Of a stretch of DNA of 64,000 nucleotides, positions 21,688 through 31,455 are shown in pieces; the first letter of the stretch is position 1; the number at the start of each line of letters is the position of its first letter. The position numbers and the translations under genes were made by a program. The notes beneath the pieces were generated by a model. That model worked only from the letters and a program-made list of their open reading frames with translations. It did no database searches and had not been told where the DNA came from. The stretch covers positions 1,280,001 through 1,344,000 of the forward strand of contig CAWCKJ010000004.1 of the NCBI GenBank assembly GCA_963796105.1, in the 5' to 3' direction. The DNA is from a candidate division FCPU426 bacterium (lineage in GTDB: Bacteria; Oederibacteriota; Muellerivitia; Muellerivitales; Muellerivitaceae).

Positions 21688-21906
21688 ATGCCTGACATCT
21701 TGATTAAAAATGTTCCGGGTCCAGTGCATAAGAAACTCAAGGAATTCGCCACACAACATAGAAGGTCCATGACTAAGGAAGCTTTGGCTCTCTTGGAGGA
21801 AGCTTTGTCCGGGCAGTCCGAGCGCCCTTGGTCCGAGCCCATCAAGGGAAAATTTCCCATCACTCCCGTTTGGCTGAAAAAGACCATCCGGGAGGGACGC
21901 GCTTGA
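21688..21906 (+). CDS. FitA-like ribbon-helix-helix antitoxin
   Basis: MPDILIKNVP...LKEFATQHRRSMTKEAL; its stop overlaps the toxin start (TTGA). Confidence 0.8.
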   Translation: MPDILIKNVPGPVHKKLKEFATQHRRSMTKEALALLEEALSGQSERPWSEPIKGKFPITPVWLKKTIREGRA

Positions 21907-22310
21907 TTGTCGTGGATGCAAACATCCTGGCATATTCAACCATTGAAGGAACCTTAACGCCTTTGGCCCTCCAGGTGCGTAAACGGGACCCCCATTGGAG
22001 ACTTCCGGGAATTTGGCGCCATGAAATCCTCAACATATTCACCACCTATGTCCGGCAGAACGGATTAACCAAAGAAAAGGCGGTCAAAGCCTTGGAAGAT
22101 GTTTATGCTCACATTTTTCCCAATGAGGTGGAATTGGGGCTCGTTGAGACCTTGGAAATCGCGCTTCAACATAAGATATCAGCCTACGACGCCCAATATG
22201 TCCTGTTGGCCCAGAAACTCGGGGTTCCCTGCGTGACCGAGGATCATGCCCTCCGCCGCGCCGCCCCGCGGCTGACTATTTCGATGGAAGGTTTTATAAA
22301 CGCAAAATAA
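21903..22310 (+). CDS. vapC: PIN domain (VapC-like) toxin
   Basis: IVVDANIL, E, SAYDAQY and VTED acidic tetrad. Confidence 0.88.
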   Translation: MIVVDANILAYSTIEGTLTPLALQVRKRDPHWRLPGIWRHEILNIFTTYVRQNGLTKEKAVKALEDVYAHIFPNEVELGLVETLEIALQHKISAYDAQYVLLAQKLGVPCVTEDHALRRAAPRLTISMEGFINAK

Positions 22311-22407
22311 TTTGTCCACGCCGGGGACCCTGGAGGATGTGTTTAACCATAAGACCGGCAAGCGTTTTATCAGTGGCGAGGGAAAATAAGGATTAATAAA
22401 ATTAGAG

Positions 22408-23163
22408 GTGGTCATGAATTTCTGGTTGGCGGTTTATACCCTTTGGAACAGGGAACTGGTGCGGTTCTACCGGCAGCCCAGCCGGGTGGTGGGCGCTGTC
22501 GGCACGGCGTTCCTTTTCTGGCTGGTCCTGGGTAGCGGCATCGGGGGCGGCACATTCCGCGTCTATTTTTTCCCCGGCACCGTCATCATGAGCGTCATGT
22601 TCACCTGCATCTTCTCCAACGCCTCGGTCATCGAGGACCGGCAGGCTGGGTTCCTCCAATCGGTTCTCGTGGCGCCGGTCGGGCGATCTGCCGTCGTGAT
22701 GGGTAAAATCATCGGAGGCGCCACCCTTTCCACCGTCCAGGGGCTCATCCTGGTCCCGTTCGCCCTGACCATCGGGGGCTCTTTCAACCTGACGGCGCTT
22801 CTCGGCCTTACGGTCTCACTCTTCCTTTTTTCCTTCGCGCTGAACGCCCTAGGTTTTTGGCTGGCCTGGAAGATCGAATCCATGCCGGGCTACCACACGG
22901 TCATGAACCTGGTTTACCTTCCTTTGTGGATGGCGTCAGGAGCCATCTTCAAAGCGCCAGCCTCCAACTTCTGGCTGAATTTCTTCATGGCTGTCAATCC
23001 ATTCACTTACGGAGTCGCGGGAGTGAGGCGAAGCCTTTTTCCGGCGGGTGACTTGGAAGGCGTTCCATCCCTATCAGTTTCTTTTCTCGCCCTTCTGGTT
23101 ACCGGATTGCTGTTTTACGCCTTTTCCTCCTGGGTGGTTTCCAGGAGCGACGAAAGAAGATGA
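22408..23163 (+). CDS. ABC-2 type transporter permease
   Basis: EDRQAGFLQSVLVAPV, NPFTY; 6 TM helices. Confidence 0.9.
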   Translation: MVMNFWLAVYTLWNRELVRFYRQPSRVVGAVGTAFLFWLVLGSGIGGGTFRVYFFPGTVIMSVMFTCIFSNASVIEDRQAGFLQSVLVAPVGRSAVVMGKIIGGATLSTVQGLILVPFALTIGGSFNLTALLGLTVSLFLFSFALNALGFWLAWKIESMPGYHTVMNLVYLPLWMASGAIFKAPASNFWLNFFMAVNPFTYGVAGVRRSLFPAGDLEGVPSLSVSFLALLVTGLLFYAFSSWVVSRSDERR

Positions 23164-23789
23164 GAATGGCTTCTAGATGGAAACTTTGGCTGACAATGGC
23201 CTTGACCCTGGTGGTTCTGGGGGCTTGGGGTTATAGGGTCTTCAGCCTGAAACCCTCGATCCTTTTCTTCAAGAATTCCGCCCTGAAGGCCCCCGACTTC
23301 GCTTTTCCGGAGTCCAACGGCGGAAATTTCTCCAGCGGGGCCTTGAAGGGAAAAGTCTGGGTGGCGGATTTCATATTCACCCATTGCGCCGGGACCTGCC
23401 CGATCCTGAGCTCCAACCTTAGCAAGCTGCAGGACGAGTGGAGAGGCAATCCCGATTTCAACCTGGTGAGTTTCACCGTGGACCCCAAGAACGACACGGT
23501 GGACACGCTCCGGCAATACGCCGAACAGCACCACGCCCAAAAGGACCAGTGGTTTTTCCTGACGGGTGTAAAGAAGGATCTTTACCGCACCGCCCATGAG
23601 GGTTTCAAGGTGACGGTCATCGAGGACCCCCAAGGGATCCCGGGATTCGAGTTCGTCCACACCACGAGGGTGTTCCTGGTGGACGCTAACGGCATGATCC
23701 GCGGGTTTTACGACGGCTCGGATGAAATGGACGTTCAAAAACTCGCTCAGGACGTCAAGTACCTGATGAGTTCCAGGAGCAGGACATGA
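23160..23789 (+). CDS. SCO family copper chaperone
   Basis: FIFTHCAGTCP, VDPKNDT, conserved His in VHTT. Confidence 0.9.
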   Translation: MRMASRWKLWLTMALTLVVLGAWGYRVFSLKPSILFFKNSALKAPDFAFPESNGGNFSSGALKGKVWVADFIFTHCAGTCPILSSNLSKLQDEWRGNPDFNLVSFTVDPKNDTVDTLRQYAEQHHAQKDQWFFLTGVKKDLYRTAHEGFKVTVIEDPQGIPGFEFVHTTRVFLVDANGMIRGFYDGSDEMDVQKLAQDVKYLMSSRSRT

Positions 23790-24217
23790 GCTGGGCCGAT
23801 TTACCCGCCTTGAACGCCTCCCTGAACGGCGCCAGCGCGGTGTTCCTGCTTTGCGGATTTTGGTTCATCCGCCAAAAACGAGTCCTGCCCCACCGCCTTT
23901 GCATGGGCACGGCTTTCCTTATCTCCGTCGTCTTCCTGGCCTGCTACCTGGCCTACCACGCCCACGCGGGGGTGGTGCGCTTCGGCGGGCAGGGCTGGGT
24001 GCGCCCCTTGTATTTCTTCATCCTCACGACCCATACTTTACTGGCGGCGGCGGTGCCGGTGCTGGCGGTCATGACGCTTTACCGGGCCTTGCGCGGCGAC
24101 TTTGTGGGGCATAAAAAAATAGCCAGGGTGACTTTTCCTATCTGGCTTTATGTCTCGGTGACGGGAGTGGTGGTTTACTGGATGCTTTTCCACCTCTATA
24201 CGCCCATCGGAGGATGA
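23786..24217 (+). CDS. DUF420 family membrane protein
   Basis: LNASLN, HKKIARVTFPIWLYVSVTGVVVY. Confidence 0.9.
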   Translation: MSWADLPALNASLNGASAVFLLCGFWFIRQKRVLPHRLCMGTAFLISVVFLACYLAYHAHAGVVRFGGQGWVRPLYFFILTTHTLLAAAVPVLAVMTLYRALRGDFVGHKKIARVTFPIWLYVSVTGVVVYWMLFHLYTPIGG

Positions 24218-24306
24218 AATAATTACTTCCCAAATAAGACTAAAGCTTTTGAACGAAGATAAACAAAATCGAGAGTTTTTCTGTTTAAAAGGCTAAAACA
24301 AAATCC

Positions 24307-24535
24307 TTAGCCACGGATTCAGGGGATGCAGGGGATAAACAGAATGAAAAACGGATAATGAATAATTCAAAAATGTTTCAGATCATGACAAGAGCAATGC
24401 TCTTGCGCCCGATGGGCGGAATAGTCCAGCTTGCGGACCGTGGAAAAATTAATTTTTCCATCGGCCGTCAGCTGGACCATAGAACATGATCATATTTCGC
24501 TTTAAATCCCATGAATCCCATGCATCTGTGGCTAA
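24307..24535. mobile_element. 229-bp MITE-like element, copy 1
   Basis: TIR TTAGCCACGGAT/ATCTGTGGCTAA; near-identical copy at 28542-28770. Confidence 0.75.
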
Positions 24536-24560
24536 AAAAATTTAGAAAGTTTGGATTGAG

Positions 24561-24992
24561 ATGATTCCTGAGGAAGAAATTGTAAGCATCGTGCGGGAGG
24601 CCCGAACCGTGGCGGTTTACGGGATGCAGGGCGAGAAAAAGATGGACCGTCCCGCCTATCAAATCCCAGCCATGCTGAAGGCCAGGGGCATGAAGCTTTA
24701 TCCCATCAATCCCGCCATCGAGTCGTCCCTGGGGGAAAAAGCCTTGGCGAGCCTGAAAGACCTTCCCGAGAAGGTGGACATCCTCGACGTTTTCCGAAGG
24801 AGCGAGGCCATCCCGGCCCTGGCGGACGAGATTATCGCCCTGCCGGAGGGAATACGCCCCAAGGCCGTCTGGCTCCAAACGGGGATTACCCACCCGGAAG
24901 CCGAGGCGAAATTGGAGCAAGCGGGGTTCAAGGTCGTCAGCGACGCCTGTCTCGGGGTTTGGGCGGCCAAAGTGAGGCATCCGGAGGGGTAA
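24561..24992 (+). CDS. CoA-binding protein (YccU-like)
   Basis: [27 protein letters not shown]. Confidence 0.88.
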   Translation: MIPEEEIVSIVREARTVAVYGMQGEKKMDRPAYQIPAMLKARGMKLYPINPAIESSLGEKALASLKDLPEKVDILDVFRRSEAIPALADEIIALPEGIRPKAVWLQTGITHPEAEAKLEQAGFKVVSDACLGVWAAKVRHPEG

Positions 24993-24993
24993 C

Positions 24994-25509
24994 ATTAAGG
25001 ACCGCATCGAAGTCATCACCGGAGATATCACGACGCTCAAGGTGGACGCAATCGTGAACGCAGCCAACGAGACACTCCTGGGAGGGGGAGGGGTGGACGG
25101 GGCCATCCACCGGGGAGCAGGTCCCGAACTCCTGGAGGAATGCGGGAAGCTGGGTGGATGCGAGACCGGCCAATGCAAGATCATGAAAGGCTACAAGCTC
25201 CCGGCTAAATGGGTGATCCACACGGTAGGCCCTATCTGGCGGGGCGGAGCCCAAGGGGAGAATGAACTGCTCGCCTCCTGTTATCGGAATTCCCTGGAAC
25301 TCGCGTCGCAAAACAACGTAAAAACCATAGCCTTTCCCTCCATCAGCACCGGCGCATACTTGTTTCCCCTTAAAAGGGCCGCGAAAATAGCGTTATCCCA
25401 AATCCGGGAATTTCTCTCAAAAAACGAGAAGCTTGAAAAAGTAACAATGGTTTGCTTTGACCAAGAAACCTTTCAAGCCTACAGTGAAGCGTTGAGGGAT
25501 TTAGCGTAA
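24994..25509 (+). CDS. Macrodomain O-acetyl-ADP-ribose deacetylase (YmdB-like), probable ATT start
   Basis: [38 protein letters not shown]; frame is open upstream of GTG 25042. Confidence 0.9.
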   Translation: MKDRIEVITGDITTLKVDAIVNAANETLLGGGGVDGAIHRGAGPELLEECGKLGGCETGQCKIMKGYKLPAKWVIHTVGPIWRGGAQGENELLASCYRNSLELASQNNVKTIAFPSISTGAYLFPLKRAAKIALSQIREFLSKNEKLEKVTMVCFDQETFQAYSEALRDLA

Positions 25510-25538
25510 GGAAGCTGGAAATATCAGGGAGGATTCCG

Positions 25539-26012
25539 ATGGGTTTCAGTTTGACAAGCCCCTCTTTCAAAGATGGGGACATGATGGACTCGAGGTTCAC
25601 TTGCGACGGCGACAATGTCTCGCCCAACTTGCGCTGGAGCGAGGTGCCCGAGGGAACCATAAGCCTGGCCTTGGTTTGCGACGATCCCGACGCTCCCGGC
25701 GGAACCTTTACTCATTGGGTGTTATACAACATTCCCCCGCTTCCCAGCGATTTGAGGGAAGGGGTTCCGGCCTTGAAGACCCTTCCTAACAACGCTTGCC
25801 AGGGTGTGAACAGCTTTGGTTCCGCCGGTTACGGCGGGCCTTGCCCCCCCAGCGGGACCCATCGTTATGTCTTCACGGCTTATGCCGTCAGCAGGATGCT
25901 GGACCTGGAACCGGGCGCTTCCAAGAAGCAGGTTGAAAACGCCGTTCAAAACCGTATCTTAGGGAAGGCCCAGTTGATAGGTAAATACAGCCGCCAAGCC
26001 GGACGGCGTTGA
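25539..26012 (+). CDS. YbhB/YbcL family (PEBP, Raf kinase inhibitor-like) protein
   Basis: DPDAP, HWVLYNIP, YGGPCPP, HRY. Confidence 0.92.
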   Translation: MGFSLTSPSFKDGDMMDSRFTCDGDNVSPNLRWSEVPEGTISLALVCDDPDAPGGTFTHWVLYNIPPLPSDLREGVPALKTLPNNACQGVNSFGSAGYGGPCPPSGTHRYVFTAYAVSRMLDLEPGASKKQVENAVQNRILGKAQLIGKYSRQAGRR

Positions 26013-26066
26013 AATCCCCCCGCCCGGCCCAGCCAGCGGTAAAGTGAGAAAACTATCCATACACAA

Positions 26067-26822
26067 TTGAGATTCCTTAATAAATTCTTCCTTTCCCTGA
26101 TTCTTCTTTTACCCTTGGCCGGCCCCTTATCCGCCGTCCAATGGCCCCAGCCCTTGGGTTACTTGAGCGATTTCGCCCATGTGGTTCCCTCCGATAAATC
26201 CCAAGCCATCCAATCCCTTCTTTACGAGTTGGAGCAAAAGACAGGCGTTCAAGTGGCGGTGGTTACGGTGGATTCCCTGGAGGGAGGGGATGTGGACGGG
26301 GCCGCGGCGGATTTGTTCAAGACCTGGGGGATCGGACACAAGAAAAAGGACGACGGCGTGCTGGTCTTGATCTCCATCCAGGACCGGAAGGACCGCATTG
26401 AGGTGGGTTACGGCATGGAGGGCGTATTGACCGACGGGCAAATGGGCCTCATCCGCCGGGAAGGAATGGAGCCTTATTTCAAGCAAGGCGATTATGGGCT
26501 GGGTTTATGGAACGCGGCGGCGGCGATCGCAGGAATCATCGCCCAGAACGCCGGTGTGACATTAGCCGAACAAGCCTCGGTTCAGCCCATGGCCGCGCAA
26601 CAGAGGGGCTCCCTGGGCATGAGGGGAACCTTCTTCTTATTTTTCCTGCTCTTCTCCATTCTCATGTCATTTACCCGCCGGGGAAGGCGCGGTTACTGGG
26701 GCGGCGGGTTTTACGGCGGGGGCTGGGGCGGGGGCGGGGGTTTTGGGGGCGGCGGAGGCGGCGGGTTTGGCGGTTTCGGCGGAGGAATGTCGGGCGGAGG
26801 CGGTTCCAGCGGGGGTTGGTAA
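26067..26822 (+). CDS. TPM domain protein (YgcG-like) with Gly-rich tail
   Basis: WGIG..DDGVL, RIEVGYGMEG, GGGMSGGGGSSGGW. Confidence 0.92.
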   Translation: MRFLNKFFLSLILLLPLAGPLSAVQWPQPLGYLSDFAHVVPSDKSQAIQSLLYELEQKTGVQVAVVTVDSLEGGDVDGAAADLFKTWGIGHKKKDDGVLVLISIQDRKDRIEVGYGMEGVLTDGQMGLIRREGMEPYFKQGDYGLGLWNAAAAIAGIIAQNAGVTLAEQASVQPMAAQQRGSLGMRGTFFLFFLLFSILMSFTRRGRRGYWGGGFYGGGWGGGGGFGGGGGGGFGGFGGGMSGGGGSSGGW

Positions 26823-26837
26823 ACTATATTCACCACA

Positions 26838-26912
26838 TGCCAGCCTTCAATAAAGCTTTTAATGGGCCTGGTATAGTACCGATCTCAAAATTTCTTAATG
26901 GAAGATCGGCAC
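26838..26912. repeat. Paired 36-38 bp palindromes (TGCCAG..CTGGTA and GTACCGATC..GATCGGCAC), dispersed family
   Basis: Related copies at 27797-27872, 32947-33018 (inverted), 46197-46233, 48102-48138 and 12073-12108. Confidence 0.7.
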
Positions 26913-26987
26913 AGAGACACAGAGACTCGGCTGAAATTAGATAAAGATGAAGAACAGGAAGGTCAGCAATAATAAAAGGAAAAAGAT

Positions 26988-27689
26988 ATGGCTAAATGGA
27001 CGACGGAAAAAATAACGGAAGAATTGAAAAAACTTTTAAAGGACAAATTGGTCTCGGTGGTTCTCTACGGCTCGGCCGCGGCGGGGGACCATGCGGGGCA
27101 CAAATCCGACATCAACCTGCTGGTGGTGACCCATCCCCTGAAGAGGGTGGATCTGCTGGTCCTATCCGATGTGGTGGCTCCCTGGGTCAAGCAGAAGAAC
27201 CCCCCGCCCCTATTCCTGACCCAGGAGCATTTGAAGGATTTCGTGGATGTTTTCCCGCTGGAAATCCTCGACATGCAGAGCAATCACAAGCTTTTGTACG
27301 GACTGGATGTTCTTTCCGCGCTGACCATTTCCACCGACCATCTGCGCGTCGAGTTGGAGCATGAGCTTCAAGCGAAATTTCTCCAGCTGAAAACCAGGTA
27401 TATGTTGACGGAGGGAAAGACCAAGGAGGTCTGGCATCTCATGGTGACGTCCCTTTCCACTTTCCTGGTTTTGTTCAAGAATTCCCTCTGGCTGTACAAT
27501 GAAAACCCGCCTTTGAAAAAGATCGACGCGCTTCGTAAATTGAGGGAGCGATTTGATTTTGAGATGGAGGCTTTCGAGACCATCGACAGGGTCAAGAGGG
27601 GGGAATCCTATAAGGGTTTGGACGCGGTCAAGATCTTCGACGAATATTTGGACGCAATCGAGTCTTTGATCGATAGAATAAACCAATAA
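26988..27689 (+). CDS. Nucleotidyltransferase domain protein (LemA/TPM-associated)
   Basis: VVLYGSAAAG..SDINLLVV, DVFPLEILDM. Confidence 0.8.
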   Translation: MAKWTTEKITEELKKLLKDKLVSVVLYGSAAAGDHAGHKSDINLLVVTHPLKRVDLLVLSDVVAPWVKQKNPPPLFLTQEHLKDFVDVFPLEILDMQSNHKLLYGLDVLSALTISTDHLRVELEHELQAKFLQLKTRYMLTEGKTKEVWHLMVTSLSTFLVLFKNSLWLYNENPPLKKIDALRKLRERFDFEMEAFETIDRVKRGESYKGLDAVKIFDEYLDAIESLIDRINQ

Positions 27690-27927
27690 CTAAAAACATT
27701 GCCGTCCAAATTAAATAAAAACCAAGGAACAAAGATAAATAAAATCAGAAGTTTTAATTCAAAAAGGCGTTAATCAAAACCAAGTCCTTTGCCACGTGCC
27801 AGCCTTCCATAAGGCAGTTGAAGGAGGCTGGTAATGTACCGATCTCAATATATCTTTATGAATGATCGGCACGGATTCAGGGGATGCAGGGGGATTTATA
27901 TTCACGAAAAATATTAAGGAGGAAAGA

Positions 27928-28509
27928 ATGAGGAGAATTCATTTCATAAGGGCCATCAGTCTCATGGCCGCGGTTGCCTTTATTGGCGCGGGATTTACCG
28001 CCGCTATAGCGGCGGTAAAAAAGAAATCCACCCTGCGGATGGAAAGTCCGAGCTTTAATAAAGGCCAGGCTATCCCGGATAAATACACCTGCGCCGGGGC
28101 CAATGTCTCGCCGGCTATTCATTGGAAAGGCGCTCCGCCGAAAACCAAGACCTTCGCTCTCATTTGCGAGGATCCCGACGCCCCGATGCAGACCTGGGTC
28201 CATTGGGTGATTTTTAATATCCCGGTGACCACAAACGATCCAACCTACGCCTTTGAGTTGACCGAGGGTTACCCCCGGACTGAAACCCAGACCAACGGCA
28301 TTGTCCAGGGAACCAACGACTTCAAGAAAATCGGCTACGACGGGCCCTGCCCGCCGGCGGGTTCTCCCCACAGGTATTATTTCGAGCTTTACGCATTGGA
28401 TTCCAGCCTTCCTTTGGGGGCGGGAGCCATGAAATCGCAGGTGATGGGCGCCATGAAGGGGCACATCCTGGATCAAACGCAGATCATGGGGACGTACGGC
28501 AAGAAATAA
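27928..28509 (+). CDS. Secreted YbhB/YbcL family (PEBP) protein
   Basis: AAGGAGG RBS, signal peptide, DPDAP, HWV, YDGPCPP, HRYYF. Confidence 0.9.
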   Translation: MRRIHFIRAISLMAAVAFIGAGFTAAIAAVKKKSTLRMESPSFNKGQAIPDKYTCAGANVSPAIHWKGAPPKTKTFALICEDPDAPMQTWVHWVIFNIPVTTNDPTYAFELTEGYPRTETQTNGIVQGTNDFKKIGYDGPCPPAGSPHRYYFELYALDSSLPLGAGAMKSQVMGAMKGHILDQTQIMGTYGKK

Positions 28510-28541
28510 TTTTTCTTAACAAAGATAATCGAAACTATGTC

Positions 28542-28770
28542 TTAGCCACGGATTCAGGGGATGCAGGGGATAAACAGAATGAAAAATGGATAATGAATGA
28601 TTCGAAAATGTTTCAGATCATGACAAGAGCAATGCTCTTGCGCCCGATGGGCGGAATGGTCAAGACTGCGGACTGTGGAAAAATTAATTTTTCTATCGGC
28701 CGCCAGCTGGACCATGGAACATGATCAAAATACGCTTTAAATCCCATGTATCCCATGCATCTGTGGCGAA
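28542..28770. mobile_element. 229-bp MITE-like element, copy 2
   Basis: Same length and sequence family as 24307-24535. Confidence 0.75.
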
Positions 28771-28843
28771 ATATTTTTTTAGATTTGACTTTCATTTTTT
28801 GAATTTTAATTAGTGCTTCAGTAAATAAAATAGGAGGATCAAA

Positions 28844-29407
28844 GTGAACGCAAAATACTGGTTATGGGCTTTAGTAGGTTTCGTCGTCTTGTTCGGCTTG
28901 ATGCTGATGGGTTCCTACAACGGGTTGGTTTCCGCCAACGTCGGGGTGGACGCCCAGTGGGCCCAGGTGGAAAACGTCCTGCAAAGGCGCTATGACCTTA
29001 TTCCCAATTTGGTGAACACGGTCAAGGGATACGCCAAGCACGAGAAGGAAGTCTTGGAGGAAGTCACGCGCCTGCGGAGCCAATGGGGCGCGGCCCAGAA
29101 TGCCTCGGACAAGGTCAAGGCCTCCAATGATTTGGAAGGGGCCCTCAGCCGTTTGATGGTGGTGGTTGAGAAATACCCGGACTTGAAGGCCAACCAGGGA
29201 TTTCTCCAGCTTCAGGACGAGTTGGCTGGCACCGAGAACCGGATCGCGGTGGAACGCATGCGCTACAACGAGGCGGTGCAGACTTACAACCTGAAGGTCC
29301 AGAGCTTTCCTTCCAACCTGATGGCTTCCATCTTCAACTACAAACCCAAGGACGCCTATTTCAAGGCCAAGGAAGCCGCCCAGGAGCCCCCCAAGGTCGA
29401 GTTTTAA
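28844..29407 (+). CDS. lemA: LemA family protein
   Basis: LQRRYDLIPNLV, EKYPDLKAN, LAGTENRIAVER. Confidence 0.95.
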   Translation: MNAKYWLWALVGFVVLFGLMLMGSYNGLVSANVGVDAQWAQVENVLQRRYDLIPNLVNTVKGYAKHEKEVLEEVTRLRSQWGAAQNASDKVKASNDLEGALSRLMVVVEKYPDLKANQGFLQLQDELAGTENRIAVERMRYNEAVQTYNLKVQSFPSNLMASIFNYKPKDAYFKAKEAAQEPPKVEF

Positions 29408-29464
29408 CCTCTGGCGGAACCTTTAAAAAAGTCTCCAATCCCGTTTTTGGACTCACCTATCACC

Positions 29465-29500
29465 CCGGCGGAACGATTTAAAAGATTCCGCCGGGATTTA
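29465..29500 (+). terminator. Probable terminator hairpin after lemA
   Basis: CCCGGCGGAA...TTCCGCCGGG stem. Confidence 0.5.
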
Positions 29501-29700
29501 TACCCTCCTGTTTTAACCCAAGGCGGTTCACAAGTCTTCAAATTAGGCCCTATAAATAAGGGTTTTTATTTAATTTCCCCCTGAAACTTTTTTTAGAAAT
29601 TTATGTAATAAAATTGATTTAAACCGTCTAGAGGTTGAAGCCCTTCCTGGAAGGGAAAATCGGAAAAAAAAGCAATGCTAAATAGAGATTAGGAAAAGCC

Positions 29701-31172
29701 ATGCGGAACACGCTAAAAACCTTCCTTTTTTTGGGGCGCTTTCATGCTTGGCGGTTTTTTACACACCGCAAGCATGGAGCCAGATCATCACCACCTACGC
29801 CGGAACAGGCCCCTCCAATGTCTGCCTCTACAATGGCGACGGCGGACCCGCGACATTGGCCCAAATGTGCTGTCCCGATGTCATCGCCTTTGACTCCAAG
29901 GGGAACCTTTATATCGGGGACGCTGGAAACGCGGCGGTCCGAAGGGTGGACGCCGCGACCGGTTTGATGAGCACCTACGCAGGGTACGTCACCACGGGTG
30001 TCTATTCCGGGGACGGGGGATTCGCGACCGGGCCCCAGTGCGGTTTGAACTACCCCGATGGCCTTGTATTCGACGCCCAGGACAATCTCTATATCGCCGA
30101 TTATTACAATAACGTGATCCGGAAGGTGGACGCCGCCACTCACATCATCACCACGGTGGTGGGGCATTATCCGGGGAATGGCGGTCACACAGGAGATGGG
30201 GGTTTGGCGGTCAACGCCGAATTGAACAATCCCATCGCTATCAAGTTTGACAGTCATGGAAACCTCTACATCGCCGATAACGGAAATTTCTGCGTCAGAA
30301 GGGTGGATGCCGCGACGGGAGTGATCACCACGGTCGCGGGGAATGGCATTTCGGATAATACGGGAGACGGCGGGCCCGCGACCTCCGCCTCTTTTATCAA
30401 TGCCCAATCGATCTGTTTTGACAACGCGGGCAATCTTTTAATTTCGGACGGGGGAAGCAGTGTGGTCCGGAGGGTGAACGCGCTAACCGGCATCATCACC
30501 ACGATTATCGGTAACGGCGATGTGGGCTTTTCGGGAGATGGAGGACCCGCCCTTTCCGCCAGCCTGGACTTTGACAATGGAAGCCTGGCGGTGGATTCCC
30601 TGGGGAATATTTATATCACAGACGACTGGAACGACGTGGCCCGGAAAGTGGACGCCGTGACGGGAATCATTACCACCGTCGCGGGGCAGGGCCCCCCTGT
30701 TCCCTCGGGTTACTCGGGGGATGGCGGGCCCGCCACTTTGGCGCAGTTTTACCACACCGAGGATTTTGAGTTCGACAGCCAGGGCAACATGTTCATCGTG
30801 GATTACGGCAACAACGCGATCAGGAAAGTCACCAACGTCGCCGTCTTCTTCACCCCGACCCCCACGCCCAGCCCGACGCCCCAGGCTCCGGACATTTTCT
30901 ACGTCTCCAGGAACGCTTTCATACCCTCCCAGGAACCTGTTTCCATCTACGTCCAGTATCCCCACCCCGGACCTTTCAGCCTCAGGATCTACAACTCCGC
31001 GGGGGAGCATATCAAGACCCTGTACGACATGACCGTCGCGACCAACTTCGCCCAGTCCTTTTTATGGGACGGCAAAAACAAGTACCAGGATACCTGCGCC
31101 AGCGGGGTTTACCTGATCTACCTTTCCGAACCTTTCGACCGGAAGATCAAGCGGGTTGTCCTCATTAAGTAA
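29701..31172 (+). CDS. Secreted NHL-repeat protein with TP linker and FlgD-like C-terminal Ig domain (frameshift in signal-peptide T7 run)
   Basis: GDGGPAT/GNLYIAD repeats; IYNSAGEHIKTL..WDGKN..SGVY; adding one base in 29726-29736 joins ATG 29701 to ORF 29748-31172. Confidence 0.85.
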
Positions 31173-31260
31173 AACCCAAGAAAGCAGTCAAGCTCCATTC
31201 GTTCCAATCATGTAAACCACTCAACTTTGGTAAATTTCGAAAAGCATGGCGCTAGTGATA

Positions 31261-31360
31261 ATCCCCCCTTTGAAAAAGGGGGGTGGGGGGTATTAGCTTT
31301 TGTTGTGTAACACCCAGAGGCTAACTTCCCCTCTATCCCCCTCTTTCAGAGGGGGAAGAT
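31261..31360. repeat. CCCCCCTTT..AAAGGGGGG REP-like palindrome pair
   Basis: ATCCCCCCTTTGAAAAAGGGGGG and TCCCCCTCTTTCAGAGGGGGA. Confidence 0.55.
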
Positions 31361-31455
31361 TAAAAAATCAATAGACCGCAGAGCATTGTGGATAAGTATG
31401 AAAATTCATCATGTTGTCAATCTGAATCCATCCCAATCATGTAAACTACCAATAA

